The notes: generated by a model not told the origin, from the letters alone. A stretch of 64,000 nucleotides of DNA from Candidatus Nanoarchaeia archaeon (GCA_041653395.1 JBAZFK010000001.1:66728-130727), one strand, 5' to 3'; positions 1 to 10,222 are shown, counted from the first letter of the stretch. Made by a program: numbers and translations.

Positions 1-6
1 TATGCA

Positions 7-1050
7 ATGAAAGAGGGTGAGGTTTTTTTTGCAAAAGAGCCGCAATTAAGGCTTCATGAAGCTTTTGAAATCAACCAATTGTATGAAACCTTAATGCTCA
101 CCTGCATTAACCCTGAGACTAATGTTGCTTCAATAGCCAATGATATTAGCCTGGTTTCTAATAACAAAATTCTTTTAGAAGGAAGTTCAAGAAGAGCTGA
201 TTCCCCAAATTCAGCAGTTTTGAATACTCGGGCTGCAAGGATTGGAGGATTTAATTATTCATCACTATGCCGTTATGGAAGGCTAAATAATGAAGTGGTT
301 GGAGGCACTCACGGCCACTCATATGTACTACTTCATCCTAGCGAGTACTTAGCATTCAAGGCGCAGTCAAAAGTTTTTAAAAACAATGTATGTTTTCTGT
401 TAGATACTTACAATTTAAAAAAAGCATTGAACTCTGTAGTAAAAATAGCCAAGGAAGATAAGTTGGAAAAATTCGCTGTCAGGATTGACAGCGGAGATTT
501 GCTAAAGCAATCAAGATACATTCATGAATTCATGAAAATGAATAATATAAACAATTATGGAATAGTTGCAAGTGATGACCTTAATGCTAGTAAGATTGAC
601 TATTTGGAAAAAAATAATGCCGGGATTGAAAAGTACCTTGTAGGCACAGCCTTAGTCTGCCCGCCGAAGCCTAATCCAGGAGTTTTCAAAATGTGCGCAT
701 ACAAAAAAGATAATACTTGGATTCCAACCCTTAAGGTTTCAGAGGACAAGATTAAATCAACGCTTCCGGGAATACAGCAAGTCTATAGAATCATTGATGA
801 TGAAGGATTTTATGCAAAAGACATCATTGGATTATTTGATGAAGATCTCAGCAATGAATTAGGCAGAGGGCAAGCAGCAAAAGAGCTGCTAATACCTGTG
901 ATTAAGTCAGGAAAGCAAGTCTATAGCTGCCAAAGCATCAAAGAAATCTCTAACTATAGGAATGAAGAGCTTAAAAAATTCAAAGATTTAACTAATTATC
1001 CAGTAATCATAAGCAAAGGCATTGAAAAACTATTAAGTGAACTGCTATGA
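7..1050 (+). CDS. pncB: Nicotinate (or nicotinamide) phosphoribosyltransferase, type II PRTase family. The frame is open to base 1, so the ORF may be 5'-partial at the window edge.
   Basis: It has a GSSRRA motif (FGTRR-like), a GTHGHSYV motif (GTxAHS-like), a VRIDSGD motif (RxDSGD) and VGTAL. The genes downstream are NMNAT, PncA and NadE. Confidence 0.6.
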   Translation: MKEGEVFFAKEPQLRLHEAFEINQLYETLMLTCINPETNVASIANDISLVSNNKILLEGSSRRADSPNSAVLNTRAARIGGFNYSSLCRYGRLNNEVVGGTHGHSYVLLHPSEYLAFKAQSKVFKNNVCFLLDTYNLKKALNSVVKIAKEDKLEKFAVRIDSGDLLKQSRYIHEFMKMNNINNYGIVASDDLNASKIDYLEKNNAGIEKYLVGTALVCPPKPNPGVFKMCAYKKDNTWIPTLKVSEDKIKSTLPGIQQVYRIIDDEGFYAKDIIGLFDEDLSNELGRGQAAKELLIPVIKSGKQVYSCQSIKEISNYRNEELKKFKDLTNYPVIISKGIEKLLSELL

Positions 1051-1574
1051 ACCCTGTTTTAATAATAGGAAGATTCCAGCCATTGTGCCTGAATCATGCT
1101 GATTTATTCAGCCAAGCTAAAAATTTGGGAGAACTCTTGTTAATAGGAGTGGGACAGCCTAATTATGAATTGGCAAAAAAAATCCTGCCTCCAAAGAACT
1201 ACAAATTATACGAGCTGTCTTACCTTTTTGGCTATGAAAAAGTCAAGGGATGGATTGACGAATCTCTGAAAGATTATTATCACCTTGTTAAGCCAGTTAA
1301 AGACCTCTTTAATAAAAGCCTTTACCAAAAGCATGTTGAGTCAATTTTTGGAATCAAAAAAGCAATACTTTTAGGCGAAAATGAGTCTACTTATTCCTGC
1401 TTTAATTCTGATAATTATGAAATAATAATAACTAAATTATCAACTAATTATCACGCATCAGACGCGAGAAAAGAGATATTAAACCAGGGTTTCAGCAACA
1501 AAGTGGCAGTAAAATTGACTCAAGAGGAGTTGGAAAAGATTATTAAATCAGAAACTTTGAGAACTCTTTTGTAG
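1047..1574 (+). CDS. nadM: Archaeal-type nicotinamide/nicotinate mononucleotide adenylyltransferase.
   Basis: The N-terminal GRFQPLCLNHADL matches the archaeal NMNAT motif GRFQPxHxGH. The size is 175 aa and the start overlaps the upstream stop (ATGA). Confidence 0.6.
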   Translation: MNPVLIIGRFQPLCLNHADLFSQAKNLGELLLIGVGQPNYELAKKILPPKNYKLYELSYLFGYEKVKGWIDESLKDYYHLVKPVKDLFNKSLYQKHVESIFGIKKAILLGENESTYSCFNSDNYEIIITKLSTNYHASDARKEILNQGFSNKVAVKLTQEELEKIIKSETLRTLL

Positions 1575-1641
1575 TAAATGCTACAACACTAATTTTTATT
1601 AAATAAATTAACAATAACTATTTAGTAAAAGGTGATAGTTT

Positions 1642-2301
1642 ATGAAAAACATTGAAAAAATATTGGTAATAGTTGATATGCAAAACGATTTTGTTGAGAA
1701 TCGTAAAATAAACGGAGCAGATTATAAAAGTGCTCTGCCAGTTCAGGGTTCAGGTGAAATAATTTACAACAATAAATTATTAATTGAAACTTACAGCAAA
1801 AAAAGCAATGCAGCAGTTGTAATGACCCGTGATACTCACACTTTAACTGACTCTTCAAGCATAGAAGAGTTCAATACTTACGGGAATCACTGTGTTAAAA
1901 ACACTTTTGGATGGCAATTCATTGATGAATTTAGTTATAAAACTTTTAATATTCCAAGAACCAAAGTTGTTAGCCCTGAGAAAATAATGGAATTAACTGA
2001 TTTTGCTGCTTTTGAAAAAAACACAACGAACATAAAAGTAAACAGCTCGGCAATGAAATATTTTGAATACATGCTTAATCAGAACCCTAACACTGAAGTT
2101 TACATTGCAGGATTAGTTGCAGGAATATGCGTAAAAGACACTTTTGAAACATTGAAAGGACTAGGCTACAAGAATTTATGCATAGTCTCGGATGCAACTA
2201 AAGGCTTGACAATTGAAGGCAAAGATTTGACTAACCAGGACTTAGAAGCTTTGCAAAATAATGGTGCAAAACTAGTAAGCACTTTAGAGGCATTAATATG
2301 A
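1642..2301 (+). CDS. pncA: Nicotinamidase / isochorismatase-family hydrolase.
   Basis: It has an N-terminal VDMQNDF motif and the catalytic Cys context AGLVAGICVKDT. There is an SD-like AAAGGTGA sequence upstream. Confidence 0.6.
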   Translation: MKNIEKILVIVDMQNDFVENRKINGADYKSALPVQGSGEIIYNNKLLIETYSKKSNAAVVMTRDTHTLTDSSSIEEFNTYGNHCVKNTFGWQFIDEFSYKTFNIPRTKVVSPEKIMELTDFAAFEKNTTNIKVNSSAMKYFEYMLNQNPNTEVYIAGLVAGICVKDTFETLKGLGYKNLCIVSDATKGLTIEGKDLTNQDLEALQNNGAKLVSTLEALI

Positions 2302-3047
2302 ATTGCCCTATCCCAAGCCTTAATTATGAAAGACTAAGCCTTGACTTGGCAGTTAGCATGAAAAATTACGCAAAAAGCCATAAATTAATAATTGGAATAA
2401 GCGGAGGAGTTGACAGCGCTGTTTGCGCTTACTTGGCAATTAAAGCTGTTGGAACCAAAAATGTTTTGGCTTACTTAATGCCCAGCACAAAGGAAGGCAT
2501 AGAGGTTGCAGAAACCTTAGGGTTGGAATATGAAATAATTGACATTGAGGAGTCGATCAATGCTGATTTAAAATCAAGGCCTAAAATATCAGAAGAAAAG
2601 AAAAATCTTGTGATAGGCAATATGAAATCAAGGCAAAGAGCAAAGATTCTTTACTCTTTTTCAAACGAGTTTGACGGAAGAGTGGTTGGAACAAGCAACA
2701 AGGATGAAATAGAAATGGGATATTTTACAAAAGGAGGGGATGGATTAGTTGATTTTGAGCCAATAGGGGATTTAGTTAAAGGTGAAGTTTACGGCTTGGC
2801 AAGATTAGCAGTAGTTGAAGGCTTGCTTCCTAATAGCGTTTTAGAAATTGCTCCAAGCGCAGGATTATGGGCAGGGCAAACAGATGAAAAAGAAATAGGC
2901 ATGAGCTATGAAGAGATTGACAGAATGGTAAGGGGGCTAGAGCCTTACAATGAAAAAATGCAGAAAATGCATGACAATACTATAAACAAAAGGGAGATGC
3001 CTCCAGTTTTCAAAGTGAAAATTGAAGATTACTTAATTAAGGACTAA
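2298..3047 (+). CDS. nadE: NH3-dependent NAD+ synthetase.
   Basis: It carries the PP-loop GISGGVDSAV. The length is 249 aa. The start overlaps the pncA stop (ATGA). Confidence 0.75.
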   Translation: MNCPIPSLNYERLSLDLAVSMKNYAKSHKLIIGISGGVDSAVCAYLAIKAVGTKNVLAYLMPSTKEGIEVAETLGLEYEIIDIEESINADLKSRPKISEEKKNLVIGNMKSRQRAKILYSFSNEFDGRVVGTSNKDEIEMGYFTKGGDGLVDFEPIGDLVKGEVYGLARLAVVEGLLPNSVLEIAPSAGLWAGQTDEKEIGMSYEEIDRMVRGLEPYNEKMQKMHDNTINKREMPPVFKVKIEDYLIKD

Positions 3048-3088
3048 GAAAAATTATTTAAATCCTTGCTTACAACTTAGTATTAATT

Positions 3089-3583
3089 ATGAAGAATGCT
3101 GTTTTATTTTCGCTTTTTTTGCTAGCTTTATTGTCAGGCTGCACAGCTAACTATAATTATGAACAAGATAAGCCAGCAATGTCAATTAATGATTATTTTG
3201 GCCAAGAGATTACTAACTACACTTACAAGGTTGTTAATTCAACATTTGACTGCTTAAACGGCTCATGCCCTAATGCTGAAATAAGTGTTAGGGGGATAAC
3301 AGCGAACTGCACATTCTGCGCCACTAATAATACTGGAATAATTGATGGTAAATTAAGGGTGAGATTCGGAGTGAGTGGATGGGGGGACTTGGCGGGCAAG
3401 TGCGCATTAAGCGTTATTAATAATGAAATTGACGGCTTGTTTGATATTATTTCAATGAATGAAACAGAAATTGTTGCTGAAATAATCAGGACAGGCCATG
3501 TAAAAAATGAAGGCATTAATTGCACTGAGGTTTATGAGTACAATTATGAAAATATTGAGAACTGGATTTTTAGCATTGAATAA
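3089..3583 (+). CDS. Small secreted Cys-rich lipoprotein.
   Basis: It has a signal peptide plus the lipobox LLSGC, and many Cys and N-glycosylation-like NxT/S sites. Confidence 0.4.
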   Translation: MKNAVLFSLFLLALLSGCTANYNYEQDKPAMSINDYFGQEITNYTYKVVNSTFDCLNGSCPNAEISVRGITANCTFCATNNTGIIDGKLRVRFGVSGWGDLAGKCALSVINNEIDGLFDIISMNETEIVAEIIRTGHVKNEGINCTEVYEYNYENIENWIFSIE

Positions 3584-3623
3584 TTAACTATTTAAAACAG
3601 CAATTAATATTTTATTTTTAATA

Positions 3624-6128
3624 ATGGGTAATAAAGTTTTTATCTTCAGTATTTTAATTTCAATAATCGCTTTTTCAGGCTGCACGCAACCCGGAACTTT
3701 AACAAATAATTCAGGCAATAATTTAAATTTATCAGCTGAAGAAAACATCACTTACAATCCTGACATTAATCATCCTCCAGTGGTTGAGTTATGGGATTGC
3801 AATCTTAATGACACGGGCTGCGTTATGGATCAGGCCAATCCTAACCAAATAGTTTTTGAAAATGAAGGGGTGAAAGTAACAGCTCCAGCATACTCCATTA
3901 AGTTATCTGCTGATCTCACCCCAACAGTTATTGAAAAGGATGAATTAAACGGCAAACTAACCTTTCAGGTTGCTGATTCGGATGAGCTCTTGGAGCCTGT
4001 CACTGTCCAAATAACTATGGGCGCATTAAATTTCACAGACTTAATGGTTTATGCTAAAATCAACGGAGAGTGGGTGCCTTCAGGCCTTGCCTCTTATGAC
4101 AACACAACTAATATTGCAAGCTTTGAAGCTGACCATTTCAGCGAGTGGACATGCACTGGAACAACCCTTAATCCTGCATCTTCCCTAAAGATTGACATAA
4201 TTGATTATGAGGAGCATTCCTCTGATGTGACCTGCATGGGCCCTGTCGGCTATTTTGAAGGCAAACCTTTAAGCAGGGGATTAAAATTTGAGGTGTATAA
4301 TGGGGCTGGCGAAAAAATCGACACTAATAATGTAAAGCATTATAAGATTAGTTTTCTCTCCTCAATCAAGTCTTTTTTTAATAACTTAAACAGCCCGGTA
4401 TTGGATGAAGGCACTATGTCTTTTTGCTTTGACAACACTGACCCTAACAATGCAGATACTTCAAAGTTTTTGATTAAAGTTTATGCTGAAAACGAGGTTG
4501 CCAAGATGCTAAAAAGCGGAGGAAACATTAGGTATGTCATGGATGCTTATTTAGGCGCAAGCAGTTCACTTACTTTTAATTATCCTGATGATGAGACAAA
4601 GACTGCTTTTGAAATAATCAGGCATTTCACTGAATTAGCTGACTTTTGGAGATTAAAGAGTTCTAAATCAGGCTTTGTTGCATCACAAAGAGAGGTGACT
4701 TGGCCTGATCCTGACGGCTCATATTTTTACAATAAAGGCAATGTAATAGGTTTAGCAAGAGAGGCTACCAGTGATTTTGGAATGAATCAGGGTGACGGGG
4801 ATTCAGCTGCTCATGAGTACGCTCATTGGGCTACAAGGTTTCTGTACGGCTCATATGATTACTCCAAATTGTCAACTACTTCTGCTCAGCATAGCATTGG
4901 GGATAAAACCAATGAAAACGATGCATTCAAGGAGGATTTGGCATATTTTGCAGAGAACGCTTTTGACGGAATATTGACTGATGAGTTAGATAAGGCTAAT
5001 ATAAAATTAAGGCTTCCTGAGATAGTTTCAACCTACCAAAATTATATTAATTATTATATCCAGGCAAGGGCGAACGCAATGAGTGCGAGGACTCTGGGGG
5101 GAGTGGTTGACGGAAAGGATGAGGCAGGATGGGAAAGCAGCAAGTCAACATTTTTAGGAATGATTAGGCAATATTATGAGGACAATAATGAATTTGTGAA
5201 CTCAGCCATAAATAATCCTGGAGAAATTGACGGTTTCGGAGCATTAGTTTTATGGGACTTATATAAATCAATAGGGGCAAACGGTTATAAGCAGATATGG
5301 GATTTAGTGGCAGAGTCTCAGCCAAGGAATTTTAACTCATTCGTGGCTTCTTGGAGCGCAAAATACGGCACAGGAATAATGGAGGTTGTGAAAAAATACA
5401 TTGATGAAAATGCAACTTTAATGAAAACTCCTGAAGAAATACTCGCAGAATTGCAGTCAGTCTGCTATGACAATTCAGAATGCGATGATGCTAATCCCTG
5501 CACAGAGGATTATTGCATGAGGCTTGTTGATATTGCCAGCCCAATTATTCCCGGACAGCAAAGGTACCAGATGTGCTCAATGCTTCCTGTTTGGAAAGGC
5601 TCGCATTATGACTGCTCAGGAACTGCTGGAGGGACATGCATGCACTACAAAGCAACTGGATATGTGCAGGATGATTATTCAAAACTGATAGTGAATGACA
5701 ATCAATACGGCGAATCAGCAGTAATATTGGAGTCTTACAGGGGAGAAGCTATCCCCTCCTCAGAGTGCACTGGAGACAGGTGCTTTTATATGTGCTGCCA
5801 AAAAGGCGAAGTGCAGACTAGGCTAACAATGCCAAATGAGCTGGCTTACGAAAACACTAACTGCAACGGAGTTTCGGGCGAGCAATGCATTAGTTACTAT
5901 GACACTTGGGCAGAATGCTGCACGCCTAATGATTGCGTGTCTGAAAACGCTTTTGGAAACAGGGTTCAGTCAGCAGCAATATTTCACGGGGGAAAAACTC
6001 CCTTATGCATTAATAATTTATGTGTTTATGTAAAGACTTTGCCAAAAGAAGCAGTGATTACTTGCGCAGAAGAATGCATGTATAGCGGCTGCCCAGTAAG
6101 GTGCACCTATACTTATCCTGAAGAATAA
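3624..6128 (+). CDS. Large secreted lipoprotein with an HExxH motif (putative zinc metalloprotease) and a Cys-rich C-terminal domain.
   Basis: It has the lipobox AFSGC, an AAHEYAHWAT (HExxH) motif, and about 30 Cys in the last 250 aa. Confidence 0.4.
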   Translation: MGNKVFIFSILISIIAFSGCTQPGTLTNNSGNNLNLSAEENITYNPDINHPPVVELWDCNLNDTGCVMDQANPNQIVFENEGVKVTAPAYSIKLSADLTPTVIEKDELNGKLTFQVADSDELLEPVTVQITMGALNFTDLMVYAKINGEWVPSGLASYDNTTNIASFEADHFSEWTCTGTTLNPASSLKIDIIDYEEHSSDVTCMGPVGYFEGKPLSRGLKFEVYNGAGEKIDTNNVKHYKISFLSSIKSFFNNLNSPVLDEGTMSFCFDNTDPNNADTSKFLIKVYAENEVAKMLKSGGNIRYVMDAYLGASSSLTFNYPDDETKTAFEIIRHFTELADFWRLKSSKSGFVASQREVTWPDPDGSYFYNKGNVIGLAREATSDFGMNQGDGDSAAHEYAHWATRFLYGSYDYSKLSTTSAQHSIGDKTNENDAFKEDLAYFAENAFDGILTDELDKANIKLRLPEIVSTYQNYINYYIQARANAMSARTLGGVVDGKDEAGWESSKSTFLGMIRQYYEDNNEFVNSAINNPGEIDGFGALVLWDLYKSIGANGYKQIWDLVAESQPRNFNSFVASWSAKYGTGIMEVVKKYIDENATLMKTPEEILAELQSVCYDNSECDDANPCTEDYCMRLVDIASPIIPGQQRYQMCSMLPVWKGSHYDCSGTAGGTCMHYKATGYVQDDYSKLIVNDNQYGESAVILESYRGEAIPSSECTGDRCFYMCCQKGEVQTRLTMPNELAYENTNCNGVSGEQCISYYDTWAECCTPNDCVSENAFGNRVQSAAIFHGGKTPLCINNLCVYVKTLPKEAVITCAEECMYSGCPVRCTYTYPEE

Positions 6129-6156
6129 AATAAAAAAAATTAGAAAATAAAGGGTT

Positions 6157-6357
6157 TTATTTTTTCTTTTTCTTCCCTAAAGTGTTAATCTTAAGGAGGT
6201 CATAAATAAAGCAATAACCAGTTGCTGCTGTCACAAGCAATAAAGCTGCTAATAAGTAAATCCATACACTGTACATGTATCCAAGTGCTATAGCTGCTAT
6301 TCCTAATATTGCTCTGATGATTCTGTCAATTTTGCCTATATTGTTTTTGAAATCCAT
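6157..6357 (-). CDS. DUF2892 (YgaP-like) small membrane protein.
   Basis: It reads MxxNIGKIDRIIRAILG followed by two TM helices, the typical DUF2892 pattern. Confidence 0.4.
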   Translation of the reverse strand: MDFKNNIGKIDRIIRAILGIAAIALGYMYSVWIYLLAALLLVTAATGYCFIYDLLKINTLGKKKKK

Positions 6358-6394
6358 AAAAACATTATATTCTGCTTTATTATAAATCTATCAA

Positions 6395-6592
6395 TCAAAA
6401 TGCCAAGACCGCAACTACTCCTATGCTTGCGGCGATTGCCGCATTGACTCTCTGCATGTTGCTTCCGAAAATCGCAGTTTTTTCTAATATTCCAAAAGTA
6501 ATAGCAAAGCCTAAAATAAATTTAACAAAAACATCCAAAATTCCTATGCTATTAATTAATTCAATTGCTTGGCTTACAACAGTCTCTGCCAT
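6395..6592 (-). CDS. Small two-TM membrane protein.
   Basis: It has a hydrophobic profile only. Confidence 0.25.
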   Translation of the reverse strand: MAETVVSQAIELINSIGILDVFVKFILGFAITFGILEKTAIFGSNMQRVNAAIAASIGVVAVLAF

Positions 6593-6622
6593 AATAATAT
6601 AATGCTGTGATTATTTTTAATC

Positions 6623-7495
6623 TTAATTGATTTTAACTTTTTTCATAAAATTCCTTTCTTGCTGTTTAATTGTTTCAGGCTTAACTGCATATTTTTTTGC
6701 GAGCGAAATGTACTCATCAAATAGGTCATACTTGCTTTTTTGCTTTAGCACTTTGCCATTTTTTAGGTATTCATTAATTCTTGAAAAAATGAAAGGATTG
6801 CCCATAGCTGCCCGTCCAATCATCAAGTAATCGCACCCAGTCTCTGCAAGCATTTTTTTAGCAGAGAATTCATCAATTATATCCCCATTGCCAGCAACAG
6901 GAATGTTAACAGCTCGCTTTATCTCCTTAATTGCATTCAAGTCAGCTGAGCCGCTGAATCCCTGCTTTTGGTATCTTGCATGAACTGTTAACATATCCGC
7001 ACCTGACGCTTCAATGATTTTAGCAGTCTTAACATAATCAGCCAATTTAGAAGTAATCCCTAACCTGATTTTTGCGCTAACAGGCAAATCAGTTGAGGCT
7101 CTCATTATGCTCACTATTTCCCCAATTTTTGCAGGCCTTTTAAGCAGGGCAGCTCCAGCTCCCTGCCTTACAATTTTTTCAGATGAACATCCAAAGTTGA
7201 AATCAAACAGGTCGGGATTAATAATACCAGGGTAATCATGCTCTAATATTTTTATTGATTCCTTTATTAGCTCAGTTTTTGTTCCGAACAACTGAACCCC
7301 AACAGGCTTTTCGTCATTTAAAGTTCTTGCAAGTTTAATAACTGCCTTATTTCCCCTAGTGACTGCATTCACGCTAATCATTTCAGTGAACTGCAGGCTT
7401 GAGCCGTACTTGTGGCACATCAGCCTGAATGCCGGGTCGCTTACAACTTCCATTGGAGCAAGAAACAATTTAGACTTAAAAATTGGAAGTTTCAT
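6623..7495 (-). CDS. tRNA-dihydrouridine synthase (Dus family, FMN TIM barrel).
   Basis: The N-terminal LAPMEVVSDPAFRLMC matches LAPMxxxTDxxFR. The length is 290 aa. Confidence 0.7.
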   Translation of the reverse strand: MKLPIFKSKLFLAPMEVVSDPAFRLMCHKYGSSLQFTEMISVNAVTRGNKAVIKLARTLNDEKPVGVQLFGTKTELIKESIKILEHDYPGIINPDLFDFNFGCSSEKIVRQGAGAALLKRPAKIGEIVSIMRASTDLPVSAKIRLGITSKLADYVKTAKIIEASGADMLTVHARYQKQGFSGSADLNAIKEIKRAVNIPVAGNGDIIDEFSAKKMLAETGCDYLMIGRAAMGNPFIFSRINEYLKNGKVLKQKSKYDLFDEYISLAKKYAVKPETIKQQERNFMKKVKIN

Positions 7496-7578
7496 CTTTA
7501 ATACAATCTTTTTAGGTATTTTTAATCTTTTTAATTCTTAAATAACCTTTTTAAATAGTTTTTATTCTTTTATCTCTT

Positions 7579-7962
7579 ATGGTATACCTCTTAATTAAGG
7601 ATGACACCCTTGAGCGCGTTTTAAACATTGTTTTAGGCAAAAAAACTATTGGATTTGTCTCAGGGTTTGAGCCTTATTCTGAGGAATATTCGAAAATTTT
7701 GAACGGTCGAGCCTGCGTAGGATGGTATATTCAAATTTTTAACAAGTACCAAAGGAAAGGCCATTGCCTTAATGTCATAAAACAAATGATTGAAAGCAGT
7801 GATTGCGAATACTTCGTGATTTCAAAGCCATTGGACCAGGAGTTATGGAGTGATTTATGTGAAAAAATCAAGCAAGAAAATATCATTAAAGAATTCTATA
7901 TTAAACAGGTTATCAAAAGAGATGCTTGCGAAATAAAGGAAGATTTAATTATTAGAAAATGA
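7579..7962 (+). CDS. Hypothetical protein, possibly a small GNAT-like acyltransferase.
   Basis: There is a weak YQRKGHCLNVI match to GNAT motif A. Confidence 0.2.
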   Translation: MVYLLIKDDTLERVLNIVLGKKTIGFVSGFEPYSEEYSKILNGRACVGWYIQIFNKYQRKGHCLNVIKQMIESSDCEYFVISKPLDQELWSDLCEKIKQENIIKEFYIKQVIKRDACEIKEDLIIRK

Positions 7963-7966
7963 ATGC

Positions 7967-8236
7967 TTATTTCTTTTTCAGCGCAGATTCTAATTTGTTC
8001 TCGAAAATTTCAAATTTTTTTTCAATGCTCTCGAATCTTTTTTCAATGCTTTCAAATTTGTTGACAAGTTTTATCATATCTTCTTTTATCTCTTTTCTAA
8101 TGACAAAATAGTAAAAGATTATGAAAAAAGAGATTATCCCAAGCTCTATTACTATGTTGCTGTCTAAGATTTGCCCTAATATTGCTAAAACTACAAGCAA
8201 GGCAATTATCATAAATGGGGTAATCTTTGAATTCAT
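7967..8236 (-). CDS. Small membrane protein with a coiled-coil tail.
   Basis: It has an N-terminal TM segment and a repeated FESIEKRFESIEKKFEIFENKLE heptad. Confidence 0.3.
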   Translation of the reverse strand: MNSKITPFMIIALLVVLAILGQILDSNIVIELGIISFFIIFYYFVIRKEIKEDMIKLVNKFESIEKRFESIEKKFEIFENKLESALKKK

Positions 8237-8356
8237 TAATTAAGACTTGTTTTCCTTTTTTTAAATTATTTTCCTTTTTTTACAGAAATTAAAATTCTTT
8301 AATAATTTTATTTAAGTTAAATAATTATTTAAATCTTAAAAGATTAATTTTATTCT

Positions 8357-9109
8357 ATGAATCATGGGTACTTATTGCTGATATTATTGGTTATATTAAT
8401 TGCCGGCTGCTCTTCTCCAGCACCAACTTCATGCCCAAGCAGCTGCGATGACAGCCTCTCTTGCACAACTGATTATTGCTCAAACGAGACAAGCTTTGTA
8501 TGCGTTCATAATATGACTTACTTAACCCCAATATTTGAAGACAGCATGAGCAATGATTTAAGCAAGTGGAATGATGTTTACAAAAGCAATGCATGGAATG
8601 TAAGCGATGGAGTTTTGAAAACTGATTATGTAAGCATTCCTAATTCCCTGCCTTCGTACTTGCTTGCTTCAGGAATCAATGCTTTCAAAGGGGATTATGT
8701 TTTGGCAGGGAAGTTTAAATTAGAAGACGGAGTGTTTGTAATAATCCTAAGATTAAATGATTTCAAGGGTTATTCTTTATGGCTGATGGAAAACATGGCG
8801 TTATTACTTAAGGTTAATTCCACAACTCCAGGAACTCCCCCAACAATCCTTGCAATGGCTCAAACTCCAATCACTAAAGATGTGTGGCTTAATTTTAAAG
8901 CAATAGCTGTTGGTGATAAGTTCCTAGTGTATCTTGAAGACATAAAAATAATGGATGTAGTTGATGATAATGGCTTGTTGTCAAGCGGAAATTTCGGATT
9001 CACAATGTCAAGCCAGGCTTTTGACAACATCTATGAAAAAGCAGCAGTAGAAATTGATGATGTAATGATTTATGAAGTGAATGAATCAAATTATTTATGC
9101 ACTCCATAA
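8357..9109 (+). CDS. Secreted lipoprotein with a Cys-rich N-terminus and a LamG/DUF1080-like jelly-roll domain.
   Basis: It has the lipobox IAGCSS. The stretch WNDVYKSNAWNVSDGVLK...DYVLAGKFKL...ILRL resembles the DUF1080 pattern. Confidence 0.35.
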   Translation: MNHGYLLLILLVILIAGCSSPAPTSCPSSCDDSLSCTTDYCSNETSFVCVHNMTYLTPIFEDSMSNDLSKWNDVYKSNAWNVSDGVLKTDYVSIPNSLPSYLLASGINAFKGDYVLAGKFKLEDGVFVIILRLNDFKGYSLWLMENMALLLKVNSTTPGTPPTILAMAQTPITKDVWLNFKAIAVGDKFLVYLEDIKIMDVVDDNGLLSSGNFGFTMSSQAFDNIYEKAAVEIDDVMIYEVNESNYLCTP

Positions 9110-9137
9110 TAAAAGCTTTATAATTTGTTGATAATCA

Positions 9138-9824
9138 ATGATTAATACTATGAAATTATATTTTTTAGCTATTTTAGGCATTGTTATTATTGTAATATTA
9201 GGATTAAGCAACATTAATTTTTTTTCAGTTAATCCGCCAAAAGGTGAGGGAAACTATATTGGCAATCTGCACACCCATACTATTGCAAGTGACGGAGAAA
9301 ATGACTACAATCAGGTTATAAAAGAGGCTGTAAGACTGGGCTTTGATTTCATTGCAATAACTGACCATGACACAATAAGTCCCACATTATCCGTGCTTTG
9401 CCCTTTAGACAAAAGGATTTTATGCATAGTTGGGGAAGAGGTTTCAACATTAGAAGGCCATGTTTTGGCTTTAGGCATAACTAAGGTTATTGCAAAAGGC
9501 TTAAGTGCCAATGAAACAATAAGATTAATTCATGAGCAGGATGGTTTGGCAATAGCTGCTCATCCAGGAATTAATTTAGGCGTAACTCAAGACTTGCTAA
9601 TCCTTCTTGATTTTGATGCAGTTGAATGCAACAGCGCATTAATGCCTGAAGACCAGCAAATGGGCTGCAATAATTCTTATGTTAAAGTCTATGATTCTGA
9701 TGCCCATAGTTTAGAAATGCTTTCAACAAGCGCGAACAACTGCTCATTAATGAATCTTACATGGGAATCAATTAAAGAAAGCATCAAATCAGGAAATTGC
9801 CAACTGTTTTCGCCAAAAATATAA
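9138..9824 (+). CDS. PHP-domain metal-dependent phosphoesterase with an N-terminal TM helix.
   Basis: It has the PHP motifs NLHTHTIASDGE, ITDHD and DSDAHS. Confidence 0.55.
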   Translation: MINTMKLYFLAILGIVIIVILGLSNINFFSVNPPKGEGNYIGNLHTHTIASDGENDYNQVIKEAVRLGFDFIAITDHDTISPTLSVLCPLDKRILCIVGEEVSTLEGHVLALGITKVIAKGLSANETIRLIHEQDGLAIAAHPGINLGVTQDLLILLDFDAVECNSALMPEDQQMGCNNSYVKVYDSDAHSLEMLSTSANNCSLMNLTWESIKESIKSGNCQLFSPKI

Positions 9825-9847
9825 ACCTTTGCCGCTTAAGAGTTCAT

Positions 9848-10222
9848 ATGAAATTTATTGAATATTTCACAAAAGCAAAGAATTATTTCGCAATCTTAAT
9901 CTTAATTACTGTTTTGCAGTCATTGGCATTATTGTTCGCAATCTATCCTAAGTTCTCATTTGACCCTGTAGGTATAATTAAGATTTTGATTGCAATCTAT
10001 GCAGGATTTAAGCTAAAAATAGGCTTTAAGCGCTCGGCAATGCTTGGAGCATTAATGTTTCTGTCAATAATCTGGTATGTGCCAATAGCTTTGCCAGGAA
10101 TAGTGTTCATTTCAGGAACTTTCATAATAATTTTGACATTCGCAATCACTGCAGTAATTAATTTAGTAATTTATGCCTTAGCTATGATGCTAGGAAATTT
10201 GCTGGCAAGACTAAAAAAATAA
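9848..10222 (+). CDS. Polytopic small membrane protein. The start is placed at an internal Met to avoid overlap with the upstream gene.
   Basis: It has three or four predicted TM helices. Confidence 0.3.
   Translation: MKFIEYFTKAKNYFAILILITVLQSLALLFAIYPKFSFDPVGIIKILIAIYAGFKLKIGFKRSAMLGALMFLSIIWYVPIALPGIVFISGTFIIILTFAITAVINLVIYALAMMLGNLLARLKK

Noticed and set aside
3223-3525. A 100-aa minus-strand ORF lies inside the Cys-rich lipoprotein gene.
   Set aside because: It is antisense to a better-supported gene with a signal peptide and lipobox. It is a low-complexity translation with no motifs.
9797-9847. The track gives a longer N-terminal extension of the membrane protein ORF, starting at 9797.
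   Set aside because: It overlaps the 3' end of the PHP gene by 28 nt. An internal Met at 9848 directly precedes the first TM helix, so I preferred the shorter start.
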